Positions 17,174 through 25,658 of a DNA stretch of 50,470 bases are shown here, piece by piece. A program made the position numbers and the translations under genes. Numbering within the stretch: position 1 is the stretch's first letter; each line of letters starts with the position of its first letter. Origin of the DNA: a virus (taxonomy: Duplodnaviria; Caudoviricetes); the IMG/VR virus record IMGVR_UViG_3300020123_000124, positions 1 through 50,470 of that record, one strand, 5' to 3'. Under the pieces are notes generated by a model that was not told the origin of the DNA, did not search any database, and worked only from the letters and a program-made list of their open reading frames with translations.

Positions 17174-17362
17174 TTACCTCACGTACACGACGGTGATTCC
17201 CTTGCGGCCCAGGCTCACCTTCTCCAACGGCGATTGACTGGTCACCCGCCAACCCTGCTTGGCCAGCTTCTGTGCGTCGTGTTGAAACGATTTGACCGCC
17301 GAGTACCTGGGCCAGCTCCCTTTGTAGACCTTGATTAACTGCTCCGGTGGGCGTTGTATCAT
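17174..17362 (-). CDS. Hypothetical protein (QGWRV motif)
   Basis: SD AAAGGA. Confidence 0.65.
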   Translation of the reverse strand: MIQRPPEQLIKVYKGSWPRYSAVKSFQHDAQKLAKQGWRVTSQSPLEKVSLGRKGITVVYVR

Positions 17363-17373
17363 GATTTTATCCT

Positions 17374-17637
17374 TTATGGTATCTGGTATATCAGCTCCTG
17401 TGTAGTCGTTTCTATTGTGTGCTTTTCTCTATTGTGTACGGCTCTAGCCCACAGTGGAGGAGGGCTCGTGTGGAGTAGTAAATACTGCAATTGCCCTTGG
17501 CATTCTTCAAAACTATTGCAAGCTATAGAAGAGATACCTAGATTCGGGCCAGGTGAGCCGTAAGAATATTCCAAACTCCAGGTTTCATGTATGTCTAATA
17601 TCGTTTCCAATGTAGGCTCCATACTGCGCCGTGGCAT
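17374..17637 (-). CDS. Hypothetical protein
   Basis: SD GAGG. Confidence 0.55.
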   Translation of the reverse strand: MPRRSMEPTLETILDIHETWSLEYSYGSPGPNLGISSIACNSFEECQGQLQYLLLHTSPPPLWARAVHNREKHTIETTTQELIYQIP

Positions 17638-17652
17638 ACTCTTTCCTCTCTA

Positions 17653-17752
17653 TGGTATACTATCCTTGTGGTTGTTGAGCAGCGATGAAACTGTGATGAG
17701 GAAGCATCATTGCTCATGACTCAGGGCGGCGGTCGGTCAGGCCGCCGTTTTG
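17653..17752 (+). ncRNA. Candidate antisense small RNA overlapping the 3' end of the wHTH gene
   Basis: TGGTATACT 17653-17661; TGAGCA/TGCTCA stem; GGCGGC/GCCGCC plus TTTT. Confidence 0.4.
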
Positions 17753-17991
17753 ATTGCTGGCCTCTTATCGGTATCATCCTTTGGCTTCCGACCCGCGCCT
17801 TTTCGCCTGATAAGCAGAATTTTCTCAGCATCTTGCTTGCTGTACACATACGTTCTCCTATCTATCTGCTTTCTGGCTATTCTGCCTTTCCTTGCCAGGA
17901 TAGATAAATAGTTCGGGTGTACATCCCTCTGATTATTCCTGCTCAATATTTCCAAGACCTCGGGTGCGCCAATCCAATCAACTTTTGTCAA
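17737..17991 (-). CDS. MerR/Xis-like winged-helix DNA-binding protein (candidate repressor)
   Basis: SD AAAGGAGG with TTG start; helix-helix-wing pattern and basic tail. Confidence 0.65.
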   Translation of the reverse strand: MTKVDWIGAPEVLEILSRNNQRDVHPNYLSILARKGRIARKQIDRRTYVYSKQDAEKILLIRRKGAGRKPKDDTDKRPAIKTAA

Positions 17992-18010
17992 TGTGCGCCT
18001 CCTTTATGTA

Positions 18011-18114
18011 CTAGATAATAGTATACTATGTTCTAGCCAATTTTGCAAGATACGGTAAAATTGGCTGAAATTGGTCTAAAAACACTTGACATTATTAGCT
18101 AGATAATATATAAT
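18011..18114. promoter_or_regulatory. Divergent promoter pair with shared operator-like repeats
   Basis: Right: TTGACA(18086)-17-TATAAT(18109). Left: TTGCAA-17-TATACT. CTAGATAATA at 18011 and 18099; inverted repeat AGCCAATTTT/AAAATTGGCT. Confidence 0.8.
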
Positions 18115-18212
18115 ATATATAGATGAGGGAAGTGGGGAGGCTCGGAAAGCCATTTACCGGACTGGTTGCAGGATGGCACACTTCCCTCTCAGAGACACGA
18201 AGGAGTGAGACA

Positions 18213-18356
18213 GTGGAAGAGTTTAACGAGTTACAAAAATTCATGATCGAAGTCTTGTACGATGAGCAATATACGCAGGAGTGGAGCGATCTCTACTGGG
18301 GATGGTTCAACTACCTGGCGCTCACGCGTAAGATGGCCGAGTTGAAACAAGCATGA
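18213..18356 (+). CDS. Hypothetical protein
   Basis: SD AAGGAG with GTG 18213. Confidence 0.6.
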   Translation: MEEFNELQKFMIEVLYDEQYTQEWSDLYWGWFNYLALTRKMAELKQA

Positions 18357-18625
18357 GGTTACTAGAAGACGAGCGGGAGTCATGGCGGCTCTTGCTCGAA
18401 GAGGCGCAGAGAGAAGGAGAATTTTCGATGTTTGTGAAGATTGGTGAGATGGCGATAAACCTGAACAATGTCCTGTTTATTGAGCGTGGTACGTATGATA
18501 ATCGCGCTTGCGTGAAAATCTGGTTTAGTGGATTAAAACATCCTTTATATATCTTTCCCAAGGAACCTGGGTACGCTGAGCTAGTAGCATTTATCGAGGA
18601 GCAAACCGCGCTCCTCCACGATTAA
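18353..18625 (+). CDS. Hypothetical protein
   Basis: ATGA coupling; alternative start at MFVKIG. Confidence 0.65.
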   Translation: MRLLEDERESWRLLLEEAQREGEFSMFVKIGEMAINLNNVLFIERGTYDNRACVKIWFSGLKHPLYIFPKEPGYAELVAFIEEQTALLHD

Positions 18626-18637
18626 GGAGAGTTTGAA

Positions 18638-18847
18638 ATGGAACACCAAGAATTTTACGAGGGCTTATTCCTGACGATGGAGCGATCAGGTCAGGACTTC
18701 CGATCTGAGCATGAAAAGCTCGAACAGGAATTGATTGACTGGATAATGACCATTGACCTGTGGAACGTCTACACGAACAAGATTGGGCAGGCCAGTTTGA
18801 CCGTCAGTTGCTACGATGAACAGTCGCAGCATGAGTTCTACTTCTAA
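18638..18847 (+). CDS. Hypothetical protein
   Basis: SD AAGGAG. Confidence 0.7.
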   Translation: MEHQEFYEGLFLTMERSGQDFRSEHEKLEQELIDWIMTIDLWNVYTNKIGQASLTVSCYDEQSQHEFYF

Positions 18848-18857
18848 GGAGCACATC

Positions 18858-19052
18858 ATGCAAGAAGCTATCAGAATCCTGTATGAAGAGAACGACCCGA
18901 TTGAGCACAACGAGGGCCGCCCCTTCTGTGGTCGGCCTGAGTGTCCGTGTAAAGAAGACCGTGAGAATATCAACCTGCTCAACGACTTGATTGAGCGGGG
19001 CTTGCTCACCAAAGACGAGGCTGCGTTGATTCTGCGCGGCGCCACGATTTAA
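18858..19052 (+). CDS. Hypothetical protein with H..PFC..CPC.ED motif
   Basis: SD AAGGAG. Confidence 0.7.
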   Translation: MQEAIRILYEENDPIEHNEGRPFCGRPECPCKEDRENINLLNDLIERGLLTKDEAALILRGATI

Positions 19053-19062
19053 GGAGGGTAGT

Positions 19063-19182
19063 ATGAAGAAAAATGTCGTTTACGCGGTTCGTGTTCATTC
19101 TGTCGATGGCAAGCGCATCATCGTTCGCGAGAATAAAACGCACGTGTGGCGCATCGGCAAATACACGCCACGAAAGGTATAG
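19063..19182 (+). CDS. 39-aa basic hypothetical protein (absent from ORF track)
   Basis: SD AAGGAGG; MKKNVVYAVRVHSVDGKRIIVRE... Confidence 0.6.
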   Translation: MKKNVVYAVRVHSVDGKRIIVRENKTHVWRIGKYTPRKV

Positions 19183-19186
19183 TACA

Positions 19187-19909
19187 ATGACCACATTGAG
19201 AGAGATTGCAGCACAATTATCCGAGCCATTTGCGCTCGACGATATAGACTTCTTGCCGAAGAAGACCATCGAGAAGGAGGGCAAGACGCTGTGTATGGCC
19301 TTGCCCTATGCAGACCCACGCGCCTATGAGGACAGATTGAACGCGCTCTGTCCTGGCGAATGGTCAACGCCACCTCCAACCGCCATTGTCGTTGGCACGA
19401 AGCTGGTCTGCTTCGTCACCGTTGTGATCTGTGACGTGCCACATAGCGATGTTGGCGAAGCAGGTCCAGGAGAAAATCAGGGAACGGAGGCATGGGCGCA
19501 AGGATTTAAGCGAGCATGTTCACAGGCTGGCCTTGGTAGGTACCTGTACAATCTTGAAAAGGAATGGGTGCCGTTCAGTGTGCAGCGTAAGGTGATCGAT
19601 CTTGACAAGGCTGGCAAGTACGCTATTGTGCGTAAGATGTATCAGAAGGCGGGTATCATATCAGGACAGCCACCACAACCAAAGCCAGCCTTGCAGACGG
19701 TACCAGCACAGTCTGAGACACCATCCGTCAAGGATTTACAAAAACGTTGTAACTCACTCTTCGGCGTGGGTTACTGGCAAGCCATGATCTTGAAGGCGTT
19801 GAAAGTTGAGAACATGGATATCGTGCTTAAAGCAGATGACCTGACGGCAGATGACCGGCTCAAGATCGCGGCGTATATGGACTTTGCCGAGGCGAAGAAG
19901 GCAAGTTGA
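19187..19909 (+). CDS. Rad52/22 (Sak-like) single-strand annealing recombinase
   Basis: L..PF...I...ALPYADPR...RLN...P.EW...FKRAC...GLGRYLY. Confidence 0.85.
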   Translation: MTTLREIAAQLSEPFALDDIDFLPKKTIEKEGKTLCMALPYADPRAYEDRLNALCPGEWSTPPPTAIVVGTKLVCFVTVVICDVPHSDVGEAGPGENQGTEAWAQGFKRACSQAGLGRYLYNLEKEWVPFSVQRKVIDLDKAGKYAIVRKMYQKAGIISGQPPQPKPALQTVPAQSETPSVKDLQKRCNSLFGVGYWQAMILKALKVENMDIVLKADDLTADDRLKIAAYMDFAEAKKAS

Positions 19910-19923
19910 AGCATCATAACACA

Positions 19924-19952
19924 TTGCTTTTTCCTCTCAATGTGGCTATACT
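19924..19952 (+). promoter_or_regulatory. Candidate promoter of the late region
   Basis: TTGCTT-17 nt-TATACT. Confidence 0.6.
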
Positions 19953-19986
19953 ACTCTTAGATAACCATCGTACCAGGAGTCATCTC

Positions 19987-20190
19987 ATGCATTGCTGCGA
20001 CACCGGAAAAGTGCCAGCCGTGAGGCTCGAGCATCTCACGGTGAAAGATACCAAGAAGCTCAACCGCGTGGTTGGCGCGATCAAGAACGTCTTTCGCGGC
20101 GATGCCAATATCATGCTGATGTTCAGTGGCGGCAAGATCAGCAAGATCAAGTTCCTGGAAACCACCATCCCACTTCCTGACGAGGAATAG
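19987..20190 (+). CDS. Small protein, possibly YezD/DUF2292-like
   Basis: SD AGGAG; helix followed by beta-hairpin IMLMFSGGKISKIKF. Confidence 0.55.
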   Translation: MHCCDTGKVPAVRLEHLTVKDTKKLNRVVGAIKNVFRGDANIMLMFSGGKISKIKFLETTIPLPDEE

Positions 20191-20200
20191 TAACTGTCCT

Positions 20201-20467
20201 TGCTGGCCGGCCAGCACCCATGATGCAGCATGGTGAGTACTAGGCACGCTGCATACGGCCTAGTACACGTGAAGTGTCGTAGCAGGCGTACTCCGCCAAA
20301 ACGCAGACGCTGGATCTGAACATGATCTGGCGTCTTTTTTATGTCCTGGTCATGCCTGCTCTCATCGATCTCTGCCAGTGTCCTCGATGGAGAGCAGGGC
20401 ATGGGGTAGAGCTTTAATAGGGCAACATAAGGGTCGTTTGGTAGCCCTATTTCAATAGAACTCTACC
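20201..20467 (+). ncRNA. Candidate structured leader RNA containing an intrinsic terminator (20305-20340)
   Basis: At least six hairpins; 7-nt loop complementarity; no plus-strand ORF. Confidence 0.55.
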
Positions 20468-20519
20468 ATACAAAACAAGCAATAAACGTACTTAGGGCAA
20501 GCAAGCAAGCGGTGTCACG

Positions 20520-20687
20520 ATGATCGAAATGCTCAGTTATATCCTGTATGCACAGTTCTTGTTCTATCTCTATCAGACGTTCTTTCTCATGCTCGGCATC
20601 GCCACCCTGCTCGTCGTCCTGTATATCGTGGTTGGCCTGCTGCTCTGGAAACGCTACATGCAACGAGGTGAAGATGTTTCGCAATGA
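20520..20687 (+). CDS. 55-aa TM peptide (absent from ORF track)
   Basis: MIEMLSYILYAQFLFYLYQTFFLMLGIATLLVVLYIVVGLLLWKR. Confidence 0.6.
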   Translation: MIEMLSYILYAQFLFYLYQTFFLMLGIATLLVVLYIVVGLLLWKRYMQRGEDVSQ

Positions 20688-20781
20688 CTATCGCTACCCG
20701 AAACGTGCATGTTGCCTGCTGAGTATAGGCACGGCCATCGTCCTCTGTCTGATTGTGGCACTACTCACACACGCGCATTAG
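20674..20781 (+). CDS. 35-aa TM peptide
   Basis: SD GAGGTGA; hydrophobic C-terminus. Confidence 0.55.
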   Translation: MFRNDYRYPKRACCLLSIGTAIVLCLIVALLTHAH

Positions 20782-20791
20782 GAGGTGAAAG

Positions 20792-20911
20792 GTGAGTACA
20801 TTCGAGCGCCGTGCCTGGCAGATTGCCGGTCTTCTCTTGCTTGTGTGGGCCATCACCTTTGGATTGTGGCTTATGCTCACACCAACCTATCCGCCCATAC
20901 TCTACCCTTGA
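20792..20911 (+). CDS. 39-aa TM peptide (absent from ORF track)
   Basis: SD AGGAGGTGA with GTG; AWQIAGLLLLVWAITFGLWLML. Confidence 0.6.
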   Translation: MSTFERRAWQIAGLLLLVWAITFGLWLMLTPTYPPILYP

Positions 20912-20921
20912 AGGAGGTGTT

Positions 20922-21134
20922 ATCACGTCCGAGAAACCCATTCCCATGCGCCGATCCGCATCCGAACCCATCAAGTTTCCGCCACCTGCGACGTTTGATC
21001 AGCGCATCCGACGCAACATCACCCACATCCTGTACCATGTGCTGCGCTCCTCTATGCCCCTGGATATCAGGAATATGAGCTATCAAGAGTTCGTCGCAAC
21101 CATTGAAAGGATGATTGCCGAGGATGAAGCATGA
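20922..21134 (+). CDS. Hypothetical protein, start uncertain (possibly ATC after AAGGAGGTG)
   Basis: 3' part of ORF 20811-21134; strong SD at 20911-20919. Confidence 0.45.
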   Translation: MTSEKPIPMRRSASEPIKFPPPATFDQRIRRNITHILYHVLRSSMPLDIRNMSYQEFVATIERMIAEDEA

Positions 21135-21364
21135 GTTCTAGGCGTACCTGGCTTTTACAGGATTTGCGTCTTGTTCGCGTACATCTTGAAAAGGCAGTTG
21201 ATTCTTTACGTGATATGAACCTCTATTCTCTGGAATTGGCGAGTGTTGCGTTATTGAGAACAGAGGAAGCACTTGAAGCTCTCAATATGGAAATTGACAA
21301 AGGCACTGCTCCACATAATCACGATTGGCCTAAACGCTCAGAGGATGAGGTGAATGTATCATGA
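21131..21364 (+). CDS. Hypothetical helical protein
   Basis: ATGA coupling at both ends. Confidence 0.6.
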   Translation: MSSRRTWLLQDLRLVRVHLEKAVDSLRDMNLYSLELASVALLRTEEALEALNMEIDKGTAPHNHDWPKRSEDEVNVS

Positions 21365-21531
21365 TTGAAGTGAGTGCTGCCATCACGCTGTTCCTGTTTG
21401 GCGTCGGTATGGCCCTCTTGTGCGTCTTCGCTGGTGCCATCCTGCACATGCGCTTCCTTGATCGCAAGTTGCTCCCACCTGTTCCCAAAGCCGCGCCCAT
21501 CACGCAGCAGATACCGGCGGTGAAGAAGTGA
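21361..21531 (+). CDS. 56-aa TM peptide (absent from ORF track)
   Basis: SD GAGGTGA; GTGA overlap with TerS. Confidence 0.6.
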   Translation: MIEVSAAITLFLFGVGMALLCVFAGAILHMRFLDRKLLPPVPKAAPITQQIPAVKK

Positions 21532-21983
21532 GTCACGTTGATTGGCAAGCGATACGAAGTGAATATGAGCATGGAGCTTCTCAAAAGTCGCTTGCTGCTA
21601 AATATGGTATCACTCAGCAGGCAATCTCTAAACGCGCACTCAAAGAAGGGTGGGTTGTATCCCCCCTGGTTGTAGTTGTACCCTCTACAACCAATGAACC
21701 GGCCCTTGTCGATCTGGCATTAGCGGATTTGGCTATTCACCTCACTGGTGATCCAGTAAAAGCAAAGTTGCAATTGAATCAGCATAAGCTCTTTGCCGAT
21801 TCATTTAGCCAGTACATGAAAGCTAAATTGCTTTCATCACAGGACCAGGAGTTACCCAAAGGTATCGATTGGAGCATGTTCACTCAGGCTGAACTAGATA
21901 TCATTCAGCCTATTTTTGCGCAGGCCGAGGCTCGCCAACGAGGGCTACAGGAGAATATTATAGCGATAAGGAGAGTTGGATGA
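21528..21983 (+). CDS. terS: Terminase small subunit
   Basis: DWQAIRSEYEHG.S..SLAAKYGI...AISKRA.KEGW HTH; precedes TerL. Confidence 0.85.
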   Translation: MSHVDWQAIRSEYEHGASQKSLAAKYGITQQAISKRALKEGWVVSPLVVVVPSTTNEPALVDLALADLAIHLTGDPVKAKLQLNQHKLFADSFSQYMKAKLLSSQDQELPKGIDWSMFTQAELDIIQPIFAQAEARQRGLQENIIAIRRVG

Positions 21984-23695
21984 TTGCCACACTTCCGCTC
22001 TCCAAAGAGATACAGGCAGAGCGCGCCTACAACTCCTTCTCTCTCTTTGCCAAAGAAGCCTGGCACATCATCGAGCCAGGCAAGTCCTATGTAAGCGGTT
22101 GGCATCTTGACGCTATAGCGGAGCATCTACAGGCTGTCATTGAAGGCGATATCAAACGCCTTCTGGTAAGTATGCCACCTCGTCATGGCAAATCTAGTTA
22201 TATCTCTACGCTTATTCATCCCTGGTCCTGGCTGCATAACCCGTCTCTTCGATGGCTGTGCGCTTCCTATGCACTCAACCTCGCAACGAGAGATAATCTC
22301 AAATGCCGGAGAATTATCAAATCAAGATGGTGGCAGCAGTATTATGGGAACAGGTGGTGGCAGCAACGCTATGGTCACTTATTTGAGCTTACCAAAGATC
22401 AAGATGCCAAAATGAAGTTTGAGAATAACTTCTCTGGCTATAGACAGGCTGTGAGCGTTGGCGCGGCTGGGACCACTGGCGAAGGCGGCGATATTCTTGT
22501 CATCGATGACCCACACCCTATTGAGCAGAAACGGTCTGACATCAAACGTGAAACGGTGCTTGACTGGTTCCTTAATACCTGGACATCCAGGCTGAATGAT
22601 GAGGCTACGGGCGCTATGATCGTGGTAGGGCAACGAGTACATAGCCAGGATGTCTCAGGGTTGATTATCGAAGGTGGAGCTGGTGGACAATGGGTGCATC
22701 TCAACTTACCTGCTGAATACGAAACTGGTTCGCCATGCAGAACACTATTTTTACCACGGCTCGGTAAAGTGTGGGAAGACGAAAGAAAAGAAGAGGGCGA
22801 GCTTTTATGGGAGGAAAGGTTTCCTAGGCCGGTTATCGAGCAAAAGAAACGCATTCATGGTCCACTTGGCTATGCATCCATTTATCAGCAAAGGCCGGTT
22901 CCTGCTGGCGGCAATATCTTTCAGCGTGCAAATCAGCGGTACTTTACCATCGACTACACCACAGAATGCTATTTGCTGGAAACACCACGAGGTATCAAAC
23001 CTGTTCCTTTCAGTGATTGTTGGAAGCTCTGTACCGTCGATCTGGCAATCTCTGAGAAACAATCAGCAGATTATACCGTGTTTGCGGCCTATGCGGTGAC
23101 ACCGTTCAAAGATTTACTTCTGCTGGAAATCATCCACGAGCATTTCCCCTTCAAAGAGCAGACTGATCAATTGGTTCTGTTCCATGAAAAGCACGGTTTC
23201 TCTTTAGCGGCTATTGAGTCAGTCTTCTATCAGCTCGCTATGGTTCAGACCGCAAGAGATAAAGGTTTGCCCGCGCAAGAATTTCATCCTCCATCTGACA
23301 AGGTGACACGCTCAACTACCGCATCGATTTGGGAAGCGAACGGGAAAAGCTACAGCCATAAGAATTCAAGCTGGCTATTTGAATACGAGAAAGAAATCTT
23401 TGACTTTCCGAAAGCCACTCATGACGATCAGGTGGATACGCGTTCAATGGCGGCTATTGTCGTTTGCACGCGCAAGGTGCCAGGCATACTAGACCTGAAT
23501 AGTGATGATACCGTGGGTAAGATTGACCCGACACTCTCCATAGAGCAGATTATCGATGCATCCGCAATTCAGGCAGAGCAAGCCTTACTAGCACTGGAGG
23601 AAGCCAAAGAGCAAGAGGCAGATTTATACAAGCGTGGGCCGCAGATAGACCCGTTTCAATGGGCTACGACAAACGAGGGAGGTTGGTATGAGTGA
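21980..23695 (+). CDS. terL: Terminase large subunit
   Basis: Walker A MPPRHGKS; Walker B LVIDDP; YQQRP; nuclease motifs VDLA and HDDQVD. Confidence 0.95.
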   Translation: MIATLPLSKEIQAERAYNSFSLFAKEAWHIIEPGKSYVSGWHLDAIAEHLQAVIEGDIKRLLVSMPPRHGKSSYISTLIHPWSWLHNPSLRWLCASYALNLATRDNLKCRRIIKSRWWQQYYGNRWWQQRYGHLFELTKDQDAKMKFENNFSGYRQAVSVGAAGTTGEGGDILVIDDPHPIEQKRSDIKRETVLDWFLNTWTSRLNDEATGAMIVVGQRVHSQDVSGLIIEGGAGGQWVHLNLPAEYETGSPCRTLFLPRLGKVWEDERKEEGELLWEERFPRPVIEQKKRIHGPLGYASIYQQRPVPAGGNIFQRANQRYFTIDYTTECYLLETPRGIKPVPFSDCWKLCTVDLAISEKQSADYTVFAAYAVTPFKDLLLLEIIHEHFPFKEQTDQLVLFHEKHGFSLAAIESVFYQLAMVQTARDKGLPAQEFHPPSDKVTRSTTASIWEANGKSYSHKNSSWLFEYEKEIFDFPKATHDDQVDTRSMAAIVVCTRKVPGILDLNSDDTVGKIDPTLSIEQIIDASAIQAEQALLALEEAKEQEADLYKRGPQIDPFQWATTNEGGWYE

Positions 23696-23900
23696 AGTAG
23701 GTACGGCAATCTACGCTGATTGGGATAAGTTGAGCCTTTCACAGCATGTCGATGTGAAGCTCTTACGTGAGAAAATCAGCACTCTCTTCATAGCTGAAAC
23801 CGAAGCCTTTTACAAAGTACATCCTGAATTACGGATAGACTGGCAATTTACCCTTCGTGCAGACATATGGGAGGCGAAAGTGAGGGTCAATCATGAGTAG
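23688..23900 (+). CDS. Hypothetical protein, paralog of 15264-15470
   Basis: SD GGAGG; EAFY..HPE motif. Confidence 0.7.
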   Translation: MSEVGTAIYADWDKLSLSQHVDVKLLREKISTLFIAETEAFYKVHPELRIDWQFTLRADIWEAKVRVNHE

Positions 23901-25419
23901 ACGCCGTAATCGCCCAACACAACACTACACCGAAAAGGCTGACCCCAACATCCAGGTTGTCGTCGCGCAGCAAGGCGTCGCCACACCCGCCACCATGCCA
24001 CGTCACACCCGCGCCTACATCCAGGAGGGCTACCGTGGCAATAAGACGGTCTTTCGCGTGGTCGGGCATATCGCCCGCGCATCGGCCGGCATCAAGTGGA
24101 AGCACTATACCGACGAGACGAAGGAACGTGAAGTAGCCAACTCCGACTTGCTGACACTCTGGAACCAACCCGCGCCCAAGACGGCAGGCACGGCATTCAG
24201 GGAGGCCATGGTCGCCTACTACTGTATGACGGGTAACTCCTACGTCCTGGGCATCCAGGGCAAGCTGGTACAAAACCCCACCGCCAAGTTCGACGAACTC
24301 TACAACCTGCGCCCCGATCTCACCAAGATCAAGGTAGATGACAACGGCCCTTTGTACTACGAGTTCGGCAACTTCTCACCGCCACGCCGCTATGCAGACC
24401 CCTTTGTGATGCACAACAAACTCTTTGCCGGTAACGATGACGTGTACGGCATGAGTCCGGTAGAGGTAGCGGCCATGCTGGTTGACATCCAGAAAGCGGG
24501 GCAAAAATGGAACTTAGGTTTGCTATCCAACATGGCTCGCCCTGGCGGCGCGTGGGTAACGGACGCCTTGTTGGGCGATACGGAATACAAGAGCCTGAAA
24601 GAAGAGATACGGAGGAAGTTCGCAGGGCCGCGCAACGCTGGCGAAACCGCTATTTTACATGGCGGCGTGAAATGGCAATCCATGAGCATGTCACCGTACG
24701 AGTTAGATTGGTTAGAAAGCGATACCAAGGGTGATCGAGATATAGCGGGTATCTTCTTCAACTTCCCCTTGTTCTTGCTCGGGTTAGCTGACAGCACCTA
24801 CAGCAATCAGGAAGAGGCGCGTTACGCCTTGTATACTGAGATCGTCTTTCCCATTCTGGATCTCTTTCAAGATAGCTTGAATATGTGGCTCACGCCGCGT
24901 TACGGTGGGTACCTGGGCTACGACCAGCGGGATGTAGAGGCCATCCAGCGACGCTTGCAGGAAGCCTTAGCGCAAGCCTCAGACCGCGCGCAGAATGAGT
25001 TTACCGCAGGGACGAAGACCTTTCACGAGGCGCGTGAAATCCAGGGTGCTCCCAAGTTGCCCGTCAAGGACTTCGTGATCCTCAATCAGATACCGGTACA
25101 TGTCGAAGACCTGGACGACTACATCGCAGCCATGAGTGGTAAGACCATCAACCCGCCGCCGCAGTTACCACCACCGCATACAACCGTGACAGAAATTCCC
25201 GATGACAACGGTGTGGATAACTCAGATGGGAATGTGGATAACCAAACGAGCAGTGATAATGCACCACCGCAGAAAAGCCTGGATGATGCTGAACTTGACA
25301 CGAAACACGAAGAGGACGAAGATGAGACGAGCGAGGCATTGAAGAAGTACGTGAACACGCTGCCACAACTGGCCGTGACGAGAGAACAATACAGGGAACT
25401 ATTGAGGGCAAAGCGATGA
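23893..25419 (+). CDS. Portal protein, HK97 family
   Basis: GNSY..LRPD..YGMSP..G..NAG...L.GG..W..TYSNQEE; acidic C-terminal tail. Confidence 0.95.
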   Translation: MSRRRNRPTQHYTEKADPNIQVVVAQQGVATPATMPRHTRAYIQEGYRGNKTVFRVVGHIARASAGIKWKHYTDETKEREVANSDLLTLWNQPAPKTAGTAFREAMVAYYCMTGNSYVLGIQGKLVQNPTAKFDELYNLRPDLTKIKVDDNGPLYYEFGNFSPPRRYADPFVMHNKLFAGNDDVYGMSPVEVAAMLVDIQKAGQKWNLGLLSNMARPGGAWVTDALLGDTEYKSLKEEIRRKFAGPRNAGETAILHGGVKWQSMSMSPYELDWLESDTKGDRDIAGIFFNFPLFLLGLADSTYSNQEEARYALYTEIVFPILDLFQDSLNMWLTPRYGGYLGYDQRDVEAIQRRLQEALAQASDRAQNEFTAGTKTFHEAREIQGAPKLPVKDFVILNQIPVHVEDLDDYIAAMSGKTINPPPQLPPPHTTVTEIPDDNGVDNSDGNVDNQTSSDNAPPQKSLDDAELDTKHEEDEDETSEALKKYVNTLPQLAVTREQYRELLRAKR

Positions 25420-25658
25420 ATGAGAAAGTTGAAGCATTTCTCCTTGCTATGCTGTACATGGGACTGAAGACTGGCCAAGTGAATAAAAAAACGTATGAGT
25501 ATGCGCTTGCGTTACTGCTTGACCAGGAGCCTATAGGCAGTTGCATAACTGCAACCATGATGGAAAGCGCGGTAGGACTCGTCAAGGATGCATGGGCAAG
25601 TAAGGATGTAGATCGCTTTGCCAAAGAAATGCTACTTCAGGAGAGGGCGAAACGATGA
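25416..25658 (+). CDS. Hypothetical protein
   Basis: ATGA coupling. Confidence 0.65.
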   Translation: MNEKVEAFLLAMLYMGLKTGQVNKKTYEYALALLLDQEPIGSCITATMMESAVGLVKDAWASKDVDRFAKEMLLQERAKR

